Below are positions 29,183 to 38,876 of a stretch of 64,000 nucleotides of DNA, one piece after another. Source of the DNA: Opitutaceae bacterium (GTDB lineage: Bacteria > Verrucomicrobiota > Verrucomicrobiia > Opitutales > Coraliomargaritaceae); the NCBI GenBank assembly GCA_051252375.1, contig JBPOFY010000009.1, positions 1-64,000 on the forward strand. Reading direction: 5' to 3'. The notes under the pieces are model-generated. The model was not told the DNA's origin and did no database searches. It was given only the letters and a program-made list of their open reading frames with translations. How positions within the stretch are numbered: the stretch's first letter is position 1; the number at the start of each line of letters is the position of its first letter. The position numbers were made by a program, and so were the translations under genes.

Positions 29183-30001
29183 CTAATCGATTTCGACCTT
29201 GGAGGGGTCGTAATTCACCTTCGGGTAGCTGAGTTTTAAGTCTTCCATTGTGGCAACAACGATTCTAGCGACGAGGAGGTTGCGCGCCCATTTTTTGTTC
29301 GCCGGAATGATATACCATGGTGCATGTGAATGGCTGGTTTTCGCGAACACATCTTCGTAGGCTTTAAAGTATTCGTCCCATTTACTGCGTGCTACGATGT
29401 CGGACGGATCGAACTTCCAATTTTTAGCCGGGGTGTCGAGTCGCTCTTGGAGGCGTTGTTTTTGTGTGTCTTGATCGATATGAAGAAAGAACTTTACGAT
29501 GACAGTGTTCTCGTCGACGAGGAGTTGTTCAAAGTCGTTGATGTGGCGGTAGCGCTTTTTCCAGACCTCTTCAGGTTTGAGTTGGTTGACGCGCACCGCG
29601 AGAACATCTTCGTAGTGGCTGCGGTCGAAGATCATGATTTCGCCATTCGATGGGGTGCGCTTGTGCACACGCCAGAGGTAGTCGTGATTGATTTCGCGGG
29701 TGGAGGGCTTGTCGAAACTGGCGACGTGGACGCCTTGAGGATTTACACCGCGAAAGACGTTTTTGATGGTGCCGTTTTTACCGCTGGTATCCATGCCCTG
29801 AAGGACGAAGAGTAACTTCTTGCGGCGGTCGACAAAGAAGCGTTGCTGGAGGTCGCCCAGACGAACGTGAAGGCTGTGGAGCTCGGCAAGCGCTTCGCTC
29901 TTATTGCTAGGCATGTCGTCCCATGGATTTGAGGGGACTTTGTTTAGGACGTCATTTTGTCCTTTTTTAATCAGGTAGTTGTTAAAATGTTTTAGACTCA
30001 T
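29183..30001 (-). CDS. ppk2: Polyphosphate kinase 2 family (class III-like)
   Basis: LQGMDTSGK, HDYLWR, FDRSHYEDVL, PWYIIPANKKW. Confidence 0.9.
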   Translation of the reverse strand: MSLKHFNNYLIKKGQNDVLNKVPSNPWDDMPSNKSEALAELHSLHVRLGDLQQRFFVDRRKKLLFVLQGMDTSGKNGTIKNVFRGVNPQGVHVASFDKPSTREINHDYLWRVHKRTPSNGEIMIFDRSHYEDVLAVRVNQLKPEEVWKKRYRHINDFEQLLVDENTVIVKFFLHIDQDTQKQRLQERLDTPAKNWKFDPSDIVARSKWDEYFKAYEDVFAKTSHSHAPWYIIPANKKWARNLLVARIVVATMEDLKLSYPKVNYDPSKVEID

Positions 30002-30041
30002 AGTATTAAAAGGCAGTGGTTCAGGTTGTTTAAGTGAATGT

Positions 30042-31208
30042 TTATTTCCGGCGATAGACGAGCACGGTTTCGCCTTCGCGTTCGTAAAGTAGGCCAGTCA
30101 ACTCGCGACCGGGTTCGCGGTAGTATTGAATAAAGGAGTCGTAGAACTCGTCAGGTATGAAGGCGGTGATGCCGCCGCCGGATTCGCCTTCATAAGCGGT
30201 TTCTAGGCGGACTGATCGAAAGCTATCTGGGCTGCTGGCCTCGCTGCTTACGACGCTGGCGATGACAAGTGTGATGTCTGTGTTTAGATATTGGGGCAGG
30301 TCGGCGAAGTAGAATTCGACAGTTTTAAGTGGGGGAGGTGGTTCGGCCACGATGATGAGAGCGCGAAAGCCATCGAGTGTCTTGTCGCTGATGCCGGAGA
30401 TCTCGACAAGTGAATCAATCGTGGCGATCGGGCGTGCTGCGATAATACGGCCGGCGAGCGCTGGACCGATACCGGGTAATGTTTCCAATTCGGCAGCGGC
30501 AGCGGTATTGACGTTGAGCATGCCGTTCTTACTCGATGCACGCTTTGGGGTGCCTTGAGGCAGTGCCATTGGTGCAGCATTGCCACCTTCGACGCTTTGT
30601 CGGAGTTGATTCAGTCCAGCCATTTGTGCCGAATTTCCACCGACGGTCCAGATGCCAGTGCTGCTGCGTTGTGCTTCGCGTTCCGCGTTTTTTAGACGAC
30701 TGAGATAGGTGCGAGGTGAGTCACCCGTGGGCCAGGCCTGTTTGGTCGGCATACCATAGATACGTGCGAGTCCATTTTGAACCAATTCTGTTGAGAGGTA
30801 GCGTTCGTCTTTTTTGATGAGTGCATAGTAGCGCTGCTTGCCGCTGCCTCGCGCATCTTCCCATTTAGTGATGACTGTGAAACTGCCACGAAGAAAGAGT
30901 TTGCTGAATTTTGAGGCCAATTTACCGGATGCCAGCACCTCGTCTGCCGTGATTGAAAAATAGCGAGCTTGGTCGCGCACCCGATCCATGTATGTTGCAT
31001 AGGTCTCAGGGCAATCAACATAGTAGAGCCGAAAGACATCAGACTGGTCGCCATATTTGATGAGAAAACTGTCCCCATCGTTATAATTGGCTTGAACGAG
31101 TTGGCAGTTTTCGAGCACTTCCCAAACGCCGACTTCTTTATTCGCGGCCATAAGGGCGGCGGATGAAAGCAGTGATACGCAGAGGATTACACTCAGGAGA
31201 AGACGCAT
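30042..31208 (-). CDS. Secreted thermonuclease (SNase)-like domain + ComEA-type HhH + C-terminal unknown domain
   Basis: Signal peptide; NDGDSF...RLYYVDCPE...LVQNGLAR...GIW; LNVNTA...LETLPGIGPALAGRII. Confidence 0.8.
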   Translation of the reverse strand: MRLLLSVILCVSLLSSAALMAANKEVGVWEVLENCQLVQANYNDGDSFLIKYGDQSDVFRLYYVDCPETYATYMDRVRDQARYFSITADEVLASGKLASKFSKLFLRGSFTVITKWEDARGSGKQRYYALIKKDERYLSTELVQNGLARIYGMPTKQAWPTGDSPRTYLSRLKNAEREAQRSSTGIWTVGGNSAQMAGLNQLRQSVEGGNAAPMALPQGTPKRASSKNGMLNVNTAAAAELETLPGIGPALAGRIIAARPIATIDSLVEISGISDKTLDGFRALIIVAEPPPPLKTVEFYFADLPQYLNTDITLVIASVVSSEASSPDSFRSVRLETAYEGESGGGITAFIPDEFYDSFIQYYREPGRELTGLLYEREGETVLVYRRK

Positions 31209-31338
31209 GGGTATTATCTCTAGCGTGGCTGCAGCAACTGGCAAGGCTTCGATGTGACTAAACGAGAATGAATGATGTCGAAATGATATACGCTTTGCCC
31301 TTGTCCTGCGCGGCTGTGCGGTTTGAGTGGGCGCAACG

Positions 31339-32163
31339 ATGGCAAAATCTCTAAATAGGCAAGCGCAGGCACAATTGGATGTGCAACTACGGCACCGTAT
31401 CAATGCAGGGCGTGTTGCTGTGCGCGATCAGATTGCGTTTTTTGGTCGTCAATTCGGTCAGGTCGAAAGTGAGTGGAAAGATGATGACACCCGTGTGACA
31501 TTTGCGGATTTTGCGATTTCGGAGAAGATATTTGCCGAGCTACGGCGTGATTTCCCAGAAGATGACTACTGCAGCGAGGAGGCCAGTCCTTTGGACGAAG
31601 TGTTGGAGTTAGAGGCGCGCTTTGCATGGTTGGTCGATCCGATAGACGGCACCAACAATTTCGCCTTATCGTTTCCTGTCTGTGCGATCTCGCTGGCGCT
31701 GTTGCTTGATGGTGAGCCGATCTATGGTTTTATTTATGATTACAGCACTGGTGCCTTGCTCGAAGGTGGACCGGATCGTGCGTTGATGAGTAACCAGAAG
31801 CGTTTGAATCGAAACGACATGGTTGCCGAGGCGCAAACGATGGTTGGCTTACACTTCCCGATGGAGGCTGCGCAATTGCGTATGCTGGAGCCGTTGTTGA
31901 GTAAGTATCGCGTGCGTTGCCTTGGTAGCGGTGCCCTGACGGCTGCGTATGTGGCAACGGGTTATTTAACCGGAGTCATCGACTACCGAGTAAAAGTCTG
32001 GGACATCGCGGCGGCCTATGCCTTGTGTGCTGCGGTGGGGCTGGAGTTTACTTTCTTTGGAGAGCGCCCGTTCCCATTGAAGCGCTTTCATCCGCAGATG
32101 GATTTTAGCCCTTATTATTGCGGGACGAAAGCGTTCGCGGATGAGGTCGGTGGTTTGCTGTAA
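31339..32163 (+). CDS. Inositol monophosphatase family protein
   Basis: SEE, WLVDPIDGTNNF, VWDIAAA. Confidence 0.92.
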   Translation: MAKSLNRQAQAQLDVQLRHRINAGRVAVRDQIAFFGRQFGQVESEWKDDDTRVTFADFAISEKIFAELRRDFPEDDYCSEEASPLDEVLELEARFAWLVDPIDGTNNFALSFPVCAISLALLLDGEPIYGFIYDYSTGALLEGGPDRALMSNQKRLNRNDMVAEAQTMVGLHFPMEAAQLRMLEPLLSKYRVRCLGSGALTAAYVATGYLTGVIDYRVKVWDIAAAYALCAAVGLEFTFFGERPFPLKRFHPQMDFSPYYCGTKAFADEVGGLL

Positions 32164-32196
32164 GCGGAGATCGTGGACTCGTTTGAGAATATATTT

Positions 32197-32271
32197 GGTA
32201 GGGACGCCTGCCCCTAGGCGTCCGCGATATTTCCCTGCGACCATGGACGTCTGAGGGCAGACGTCCCTACC
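32197..32271. repeat. REP doublet (REPIN), family A copy 2
   Basis: ggtagggacgcctgcccctaggcgtcc ... ggacgtctgagggcagacgtccctacc, with a compensatory change in the second arm. Confidence 0.9.
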
Positions 32272-32285
32272 TTTTAAAAAATCCA

Positions 32286-32939
32286 CTAGGCGGGCTCTAG
32301 CCCAAATACAGCTTTACCCAACGCGAATAGATCAGGGAAGATACCTTCTGCTGCTGTTTCGTCTGCGAGTTGCGCTTCGCTATGACTGCCGGTGGCGACG
32401 AGGAAACTACGCACGCAACCGCCTTCAGCGGCGGCGAAATCGAATGGGGAGTCGCCGATGAGAATGGTTTCATCGGAGGTCGTCTCCATTAGCTCGAGCA
32501 TGTGGGCGGTGAATTGAGGTTCTGGTTTGCGATAGGGTGTGTCACCAGTGCCGACGGTTTCGGTCAACCATTGATCGAAACCGAGGTGTTGGACCAACGC
32601 GCGGGAGTGATCGCCGCCTTTGTTGGTGAAGACAGCCATATTATAGCCGCCCTTTGCATGCAGTGCTTCCAATAGCCAAGCCGCGCCGGGCAGGGCGAAG
32701 ACACCTTCGAATAAGGTTTTCTCGAAATGCTGGAGGAATATCGGGTAGGCGGCTTCGGCAGCTTCGGCTCCCATTAAGCGTGCTAGGGTGACGTGTATGC
32801 CGCCGCCGACGGTGGCGCGCACTTTTTCGTAGCTCGATTCCGTGAGTGCGAGTTCGCGCTCAGCGTATGCGATGCTGTTAGCAATGGTGGTAAAGTGGTC
32901 GATGAGTGTGCCATCGAGATCGAAGAGTATGGTTTGCAT
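32286..32939 (-). CDS. HAD-family hydrolase (phosphoglycolate phosphatase-like)
   Basis: FDLDGTL, TNK, RKPEP, IGDSPFD. Confidence 0.9.
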   Translation of the reverse strand: MQTILFDLDGTLIDHFTTIANSIAYAERELALTESSYEKVRATVGGGIHVTLARLMGAEAAEAAYPIFLQHFEKTLFEGVFALPGAAWLLEALHAKGGYNMAVFTNKGGDHSRALVQHLGFDQWLTETVGTGDTPYRKPEPQFTAHMLELMETTSDETILIGDSPFDFAAAEGGCVRSFLVATGSHSEAQLADETAAEGIFPDLFALGKAVFGLEPA

Positions 32940-33047
32940 GTTAAATTGTGCTTTATCTAAAAGGTCCTGCGTTGCAGTCTTGCTAGTTAGAGATGGGAGG
33001 CTTTGTTTGCGTTGGCAAGCGAAGGCTTGAATTTCAATTTCATAAGT

Positions 33048-34187
33048 ATGGCGACTAACGAGGCAATACAGGCAGGCTTAAGTGCACGAGGCGATGGTTC
33101 CGCCTTGGTTCTGACGTTTTCTGGTAGTTGGATACTCGAGAGCGATCGCCCATTGGCGCGGGATTTCCTGCAAGCGAAGCATGATGCTAGCGCATTTAAG
33201 GCATTGCATTTTGAAGTCGACCAACTGGCGACTTGGGATACGGCTTTATTGATATTCGTGCGCGATGCGTGTGCTTGGGCTGAAGCAGCAGGGCTCCAAT
33301 ATCGTTTCGGTGATTTACCCGAGGGGGTGCGAAACATGATTCGCCTGTCACAAGCGGTGCCGGAAATGAAGCACCGCGAGCAACCGGAGCCCCCTGACTT
33401 TTTCACACAAGTGGGTGAAGATGCGATCCGTAGTTATCATGGAATGGATGGCTACTTTAGTTTCATCGGGCAGTTGACGATCGACCTCTTTGCATTCTTA
33501 CGCGGCAAAGCACAATTACGGTGGAAGGACTTTTTGTTTCTACTGCAGTCGACCGGACCGAAGGCTTTATTGATTGTCAGTCTGCTTAGTTTTTTGACCG
33601 GCTTGATCATCGCTTTCATCGGAGTGATTCAATTGCAGAAATTTGCGGCTGATATTTATGTCGCCGATTTGGTTGGATTGGCGGTGACGCGTGAGTTGGG
33701 CGCTGTGATGGCAGGGGTCATTATGGCGGGGCGAACTGGTGCGGCTTTTGCAGCGCAAATCGGTAGCATGCAGGTCAATGAAGAGGTCGATGCTTTAACC
33801 AGTTTCGGGATTTCACCGATGCAGTTTTTGGTGGTCCCGAGGGTGCTCGCATTGGTTTTGATGATGCCCTTGCTCTGCGCATGTGCTGACTTTGTGGCGA
33901 TACTTGGAGGTATGGTTGTGGCGGTGGCGATTTCGGATGTGAGTTTTGTTCAGTATTTCAACCAGGTCGAGCAAGCGGTGGGATTGAATGATTTACTGGT
34001 TGGAATTTTTAAGAGTGGGGTGTTTGGTTTGATCATCGCGGTGGCTGGTTGCTATCGCGGTTTAAACTGTGGTCGCGATGCGACGGCGGTCGGGCAAGCA
34101 GCGACTTCAGCTGTGGTCACTTCAATCACTTGGATTGTAATCGCTGATGCGATCTTCGCGGTTTCATTTCATATCCTGGGAATCTAA
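33048..34187 (+). CDS. mlaE: MlaE-family ABC permease with N-terminal STAS-like region
   Basis: RELGAVMAGVIMAGRTGAAFAAQIGSMQVNEEVDAL. Confidence 0.9.
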   Translation: MATNEAIQAGLSARGDGSALVLTFSGSWILESDRPLARDFLQAKHDASAFKALHFEVDQLATWDTALLIFVRDACAWAEAAGLQYRFGDLPEGVRNMIRLSQAVPEMKHREQPEPPDFFTQVGEDAIRSYHGMDGYFSFIGQLTIDLFAFLRGKAQLRWKDFLFLLQSTGPKALLIVSLLSFLTGLIIAFIGVIQLQKFAADIYVADLVGLAVTRELGAVMAGVIMAGRTGAAFAAQIGSMQVNEEVDALTSFGISPMQFLVVPRVLALVLMMPLLCACADFVAILGGMVVAVAISDVSFVQYFNQVEQAVGLNDLLVGIFKSGVFGLIIAVAGCYRGLNCGRDATAVGQAATSAVVTSITWIVIADAIFAVSFHILGI

Positions 34188-34189
34188 AT

Positions 34190-34963
34190 ATGAGCGGCAC
34201 AAAAGATATGATTAAAGTCGAGGGGCTGACGATGCGTTACGGTGATTACACTGTGATGAAGTCGCTTGATTTCAATGTGCGCCGCGGTGAGGTGAAGGTC
34301 ATCATGGGCGGTAGTGGTTGCGGTAAGAGCACCTTGCTGAAGCATTTGATCGGCTTAGAGCGTGCTGCAGCTGGGCGTATTACTTATGGCGACGATGTTT
34401 TTGATCCAGATGGGCCATCGGGAGAGGCGATTCGCCGTCGCTTTGGTGTTTTGTTTCAAGGGGGTGCCTTATGGAGTTCGATGAGTGTGGCTGAAAATGT
34501 CGCACTACCATTGGAGGAATACACTGAGTTGAAGCCTGCCGAGATCAGAGAGATCGTTGAGTTCAAACTGGCGCTCGTTGGGCTGGGGGGCTTCGGTCAT
34601 CGTTATCCGTCTGAATTGAGTGGGGGGATGCGTAAGCGGGCAGGGCTGGCTAGAGCCATTGCACTCGACCCGGAAATTTTATTTTTTGATGAGCCGTCAG
34701 CCGGTTTGGATCCGTTGAGCTCGCGCCGATTGGATGATCTGATCTTAGAGCTACGCGATGCCTTGGGCGCGACTGTGGTAGTGGTCACTCATGAACTTGC
34801 CAGTATTTTTGCCATCGCGGATCGCGCATTGTTTTTGGATGCCGATACGAAGACGGCACTTTGCGACGCTAACCCGCACGACTTAATTGATGATCCCGCA
34901 GTGGATGTGAAAGTGCGGCAGTTTCTAAAAAGAGGCGAGACCGTCCCTAATGTAAACGATTGA
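34190..34963 (+). CDS. mlaF: MlaF-like ABC ATPase
   Basis: GGSGCGKS, LSGGMRKRAGLARA, FFDEPSAGLDP. Confidence 0.9.
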   Translation: MSGTKDMIKVEGLTMRYGDYTVMKSLDFNVRRGEVKVIMGGSGCGKSTLLKHLIGLERAAAGRITYGDDVFDPDGPSGEAIRRRFGVLFQGGALWSSMSVAENVALPLEEYTELKPAEIREIVEFKLALVGLGGFGHRYPSELSGGMRKRAGLARAIALDPEILFFDEPSAGLDPLSSRRLDDLILELRDALGATVVVVTHELASIFAIADRALFLDADTKTALCDANPHDLIDDPAVDVKVRQFLKRGETVPNVND

Positions 34964-34997
34964 TCTTCCTAGCACTATTCGTCATTAACTTCCTATC

Positions 34998-36008
34998 GTG
35001 AATCGAAAGCCCAGTCCTAAAGCCATCGGCATCTTTGTTACCGCTGCCACTATTTTACTTGTAGCGATGGTGATCTTCTTTGGGTCAACCACCTTATTGA
35101 GTAAGTCCACACGCTTTATTCTTTTCTTCGATCAATCGGTGAACGGTTTAGCCGCAGGATCGCCTGTGAAATTTCGTGGTGTGCCTGTTGGTTCAGTGGA
35201 GAAGATACTCATTCGCGCAGAAGGCCAGGTCGAGGGTTCGACGGCGATTCCGGTTATCATCAAGCTAGACCGTTCTCGTTTAGAAAAAGAACTGGGTGTG
35301 CCAGCGTCTGCATTTTCGCCGGAGTCGATCCATACTTCGATTGAGCGTGGCTTGATGGCTCAGTTAAACCTAGAAAGTTTTATCACTGGTCAGTTGTTTG
35401 TGGAATTTAGTTTTGAGCCAGAAAAGCAAAAGGGCTGGAAGCCACAATTGGCAGAGGTGAATGGTATGTTGGAGATACCAACGCTCGCGTCATCTTTGGA
35501 TCAAATTACCGGTGATATCGCGCAACTGATCTCAGATGCTGGGGCGATTGATATTCCACGCTTGAACGAGAACATCAATACTGTGCTGGAAAATTTGGCT
35601 ACCGTGCTTGCTGGTATTGATTCAGAAGGCATCAGTGATTCGGTGACCTCGGCGGCCGATCAAGTCACCGCGATTGTCGGTTCTGATGACTTTAAGCAGT
35701 CAATCATCGCGATGCGTCAGGCATTTGAATTGATCGGCACCACGGCGAAAACGTTCAACCTGAAAGAAGGTCCTATGGCGGCGACCATTGAGAAGTGGAC
35801 GACGCAATATGAGCAGACATTGGCTGGCTTAGACCGCTTGATCGATGAAACGGGCAATCTCATGAGCCCGGAGTCAGACCTGCGTTATGAATTTGAAACC
35901 ACTTTGCGTGAACTGAGTCGTGCGGCTCAGTCGATTCGTTTACTTGCCGACTATTTGGAACGTAATCCCAATGCACTGCTAACCGGACGACCTGAAGATG
36001 AAAACTAA
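34998..36008 (+). CDS. mlaD: MCE/MlaD-family protein
   Basis: SVNGLAAGSPVKFRGVPVGSV; C-terminal LADYLERNPNALL. Confidence 0.88.
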   Translation: MNRKPSPKAIGIFVTAATILLVAMVIFFGSTTLLSKSTRFILFFDQSVNGLAAGSPVKFRGVPVGSVEKILIRAEGQVEGSTAIPVIIKLDRSRLEKELGVPASAFSPESIHTSIERGLMAQLNLESFITGQLFVEFSFEPEKQKGWKPQLAEVNGMLEIPTLASSLDQITGDIAQLISDAGAIDIPRLNENINTVLENLATVLAGIDSEGISDSVTSAADQVTAIVGSDDFKQSIIAMRQAFELIGTTAKTFNLKEGPMAATIEKWTTQYEQTLAGLDRLIDETGNLMSPESDLRYEFETTLRELSRAAQSIRLLADYLERNPNALLTGRPEDEN

Positions 36009-36594
36009 GATGCGATTATCACGACTTTATTTAATCGGCTTCTGCTTGTGCTGTTTGGGGCTCAGCAGCTGTCTGAATTTGAAACCAAAGGTTGATGATG
36101 TGAAGCTGTTTGCCTTGGGGCCGATCGATGCAGAGTCGGTGTCCGCGCGCAAGGGACGTGCGATTTATATCTCACGTCCCGATCTACCTGCTTATTTGGA
36201 TGGAAAGCGTTTACAATTTCGGAAGGACAACGGTGAAATTGACGAACTAAAGAATGCCCGCTGGGCTGAGCCACTAGAGGAGGGTATTGCTCGAGCGCTT
36301 GCGGAATATTTATTGATCAGTAGCGACCAGCAGGTGAGCGGCTTTTATCCATGGCCGATGCGCTCTAGAGATGGTTTAGAGCTACGTGTTCATTTTTATA
36401 AGCTTGGAGCACTTGCAAGCGGTGAAATTCGCATGGTCGCCAACTGGGAGCTGCGTGACAGCAAGCAAGTCGTCAAGACCGGTCAATACCAGTCTGAAGG
36501 CATCACATGGGTGCTTGGGCAAGCCGAAAGCCAAGTGGAGGGTATTAATCGTGCGCTGGCTCAGTTGGCCTTGGAGGTCTCTGCTTCGCTATAA
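35998..36594 (+). CDS. PqiC-like ABC auxiliary lipoprotein
   Basis: Lipobox LSSC; LPAYLD and RWAEPL motifs. Confidence 0.85.
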   Translation: MKTKMRLSRLYLIGFCLCCLGLSSCLNLKPKVDDVKLFALGPIDAESVSARKGRAIYISRPDLPAYLDGKRLQFRKDNGEIDELKNARWAEPLEEGIARALAEYLLISSDQQVSGFYPWPMRSRDGLELRVHFYKLGALASGEIRMVANWELRDSKQVVKTGQYQSEGITWVLGQAESQVEGINRALAQLALEVSASL

Positions 36595-36710
36595 ATTGAT
36601 AATATTTTGAATGGATTAAAAAATCCTTCAAACGACTATTGACAAGGCGGCGTTTAAAAAGAGGATTTGCGACTCTTCCAGTAAGGAGCTACGGTTCTTT
36701 ACATAAATAT

Positions 36711-36788
36711 GGTGGCTATAGCTCAGTTGGTTAGAGCACCGGCTTGTGGTGCCGGGGGTCGCGGGTTCGAATCCCGTTAGCCACCCCA
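36711..36788 (+). tRNA. tRNA-His (GUG)
   Basis: Full cloverleaf with G-1; acceptor gtggcta/tagccac; anticodon arm ccggc ttGTGgt gccgg; ggttcgaatcc; encoded CCA. Confidence 0.98.
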
Positions 36789-36920
36789 TTTAACGAAGTT
36801 AAATGCAAACTACAGATGAGAACCCGCGAAGAAGCGGGTTTGATGCAGTGCTTTTAGGAACGGATGTTCCGTCTAGAAAAGCACGAAGATGGCGAAGCAA
36901 CCCCTTTAGCCGCCCCATTT
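36789..36920 (+). repeat. tRNA-linked mini-element duplicating the tRNA-His T-arm/3' end
   Basis: 36899-36920 matches 36770-36791 at 19/22; gcgggtttga at 36834-36843 copies gcgggttcga; several internal hairpins. Confidence 0.7.
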
Positions 36921-36924
36921 TTTG

Positions 36925-36951
36925 AAGCCCTTGTGATGCAAGGGCTTTTTT
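36925..36951 (+). terminator. Terminator of the tRNA-His transcript
   Basis: aagcccttg tgatg caagggctttttt. Confidence 0.85.
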
Positions 36952-37055
36952 GTGCCTGCGTTCGTTTGAATAAATGGTCCTTACATACCAACAATTCAAA
37001 GGATAATAGAGCATCCTTGAAAATTGTATAACAAATCTTTATCCATTCAGTTCAA

Positions 37056-38696
37056 ATGAAGAAAACCTTAATATTCATCACGTCTCTATTCGTTTTAATA
37101 AGTGCATCGATGGGTGCTACAGGTGAACTTGAGAAAGTGAATGTCGGTGGGTATATTCTTACCGCCTACGAAAACGTCCCAGAGTCCTATGGTGGCGGAT
37201 ATTCGATGTATACGGCAATTTGGCCTTTCCTTGAAACCCACCCAGGTAAGTTCTACCAGTCCGGACTCATGGGGACGTGGATGTATGCGCAGAATGAAGG
37301 GAATCCTTCCCGGAAAATCGGCTCAGACAAAACTGGAGGAGTCGGCTATTCGACAATTGAGGGCGGCACTGGTGTGTGGCGTAGTAATCATTTTCCTACA
37401 GTAACGCCGAAGTTTCAGATGGGGGGCGTCACGCTTAACTTCAACCGCTGGGCCAATGGTCCTGGTTCTGGTAAAGGAAAGGATTGGAATAACGATCTGG
37501 GGCGATATGGCGTCGCACAACTCAGTCCGTGGCTTTTGTTTCCGCCCGATGGTCTCAATTTTAAACAGGGCACTTCCGGCGAGTATCTTGGACGTGCTTA
37601 CCTCCCGCTTCCCCTGATACCGGCGAAGGAAAAAACTGCCGGTAAAGACCTGCCAACAGGTGGTAACTGTTGGACGCTCTTCTTTAACTCGAAAAACTTC
37701 AAGGGCCCAGTTGCTTTTTTTACGCCTTATTATTTCTCTCAGGAAACACTGGAGCATCCGCATCTGAGTGGGAAATTCCTCGATTCTCGTCCAAGTCGCT
37801 CGAACCGGCAGGTGCAGATGGAGACTCAATATTTACCAGCTAGGCGGGCCTATGATAGTAAGGGCGAACTCTATGCGCGCACAACTGTGATGCAGTTTCC
37901 GAGAAACGCGGATACCAACAGCATCCTCATCCACCAGAATAGCTGCTATGATAAATCCGCGCTGTGGGACAAGGTCGATGCTTGGTTTAACGGCGGACCC
38001 GTCGCCAGTGGCGAGTTTATCGATACTGGGAGGTATGTCTGCAAGTTGAAGGACGAGTCCTATGGTGCCGCTTGGAGAATTTTTTCGGGTGAGGGGAAGG
38101 CGAAACAAAAGGTGCCGATTGAGATCAAGAGCTTTATGCGACCAATCCGCTTGGACGAGGTTACCTATGCGATGGAGTGGGACGAGAGTATGGTAGAAAT
38201 GAGTGAGGATTATGTGAAACTGCCCCAGTATTACCATCTGCGCGGTGAAGGCAAAGAGGCGATGTGGTTTGCAGTGAAGAAGGACGCCGTGCCGGAGGAG
38301 ACCGGATTGCATGCACTCACAGCGAAAGATTTTAATGATGACAAAAACGACTCCTCACCTCACACAACACCAACGGATCCAGAAAGCTGCTGGAAATCGC
38401 CTGGACCTTCATCAGGTCCGTTCGAAGCTCGTTTAGGGGATGGTAGTCTCGTGACCTACTACTGGTATAAGTTCTGTGACCAGCCAGCCCTGCTCAATGC
38501 CGATCTTAGTTCGCAAGAGCGGGAAGAACTGCAACGGAAGGTCGAGCTACTTCATCGTCACTGGAAAAAGGACCAAGAGTATCTCGCTCCGCAGAATCTC
38601 GGTGAGCTGGTAGAGTTCGATCCGGCACTCATCGTAACACCTCCTGCAGGCATGGAAGTTGGTTACGTGCCAATCGCAACTAAGCAGAGTATGTGA
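37056..38696 (+). CDS. Secreted hypothetical protein (546 aa, Trp/Gly/Pro-rich)
   Basis: Long clean ORF with signal peptide; no recognised motif. Confidence 0.8.
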   Translation: MKKTLIFITSLFVLISASMGATGELEKVNVGGYILTAYENVPESYGGGYSMYTAIWPFLETHPGKFYQSGLMGTWMYAQNEGNPSRKIGSDKTGGVGYSTIEGGTGVWRSNHFPTVTPKFQMGGVTLNFNRWANGPGSGKGKDWNNDLGRYGVAQLSPWLLFPPDGLNFKQGTSGEYLGRAYLPLPLIPAKEKTAGKDLPTGGNCWTLFFNSKNFKGPVAFFTPYYFSQETLEHPHLSGKFLDSRPSRSNRQVQMETQYLPARRAYDSKGELYARTTVMQFPRNADTNSILIHQNSCYDKSALWDKVDAWFNGGPVASGEFIDTGRYVCKLKDESYGAAWRIFSGEGKAKQKVPIEIKSFMRPIRLDEVTYAMEWDESMVEMSEDYVKLPQYYHLRGEGKEAMWFAVKKDAVPEETGLHALTAKDFNDDKNDSSPHTTPTDPESCWKSPGPSSGPFEARLGDGSLVTYYWYKFCDQPALLNADLSSQEREELQRKVELLHRHWKKDQEYLAPQNLGELVEFDPALIVTPPAGMEVGYVPIATKQSM

Positions 38697-38766
38697 ACCC
38701 CATCGAGGAACAGTGGCAATAGGTAGGGATCTAGTTTATAAGCTGAAAGGCAAGGTCTGATGGAAT

Positions 38767-38861
38767 TGGAGAGCAATGCTCCGTCATTGCCGTTCGTCAG
38801 AGGTGCTCGAGATCGCCTAGCGTAAGTCATACGTGCGGAAACGACGGAGCGTTTCCCTCCA
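38767..38861. repeat. REP doublet (REPIN), family C
   Basis: tggagag-caatg-ctccgt-cattg-ccg and inverted tggaggg-aaacg-ctccgt-cgttt-ccg, with compensatory stems. Confidence 0.7.
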
Positions 38862-38876
38862 GTGCGCTATCGCTTT

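Noticed and set aside
29770..29800. PPK2 Walker A region reads GKNG rather than the common GKDG
   Set aside because: Single substitution after an intact GxDxxGK; significance cannot be judged without an alignment.
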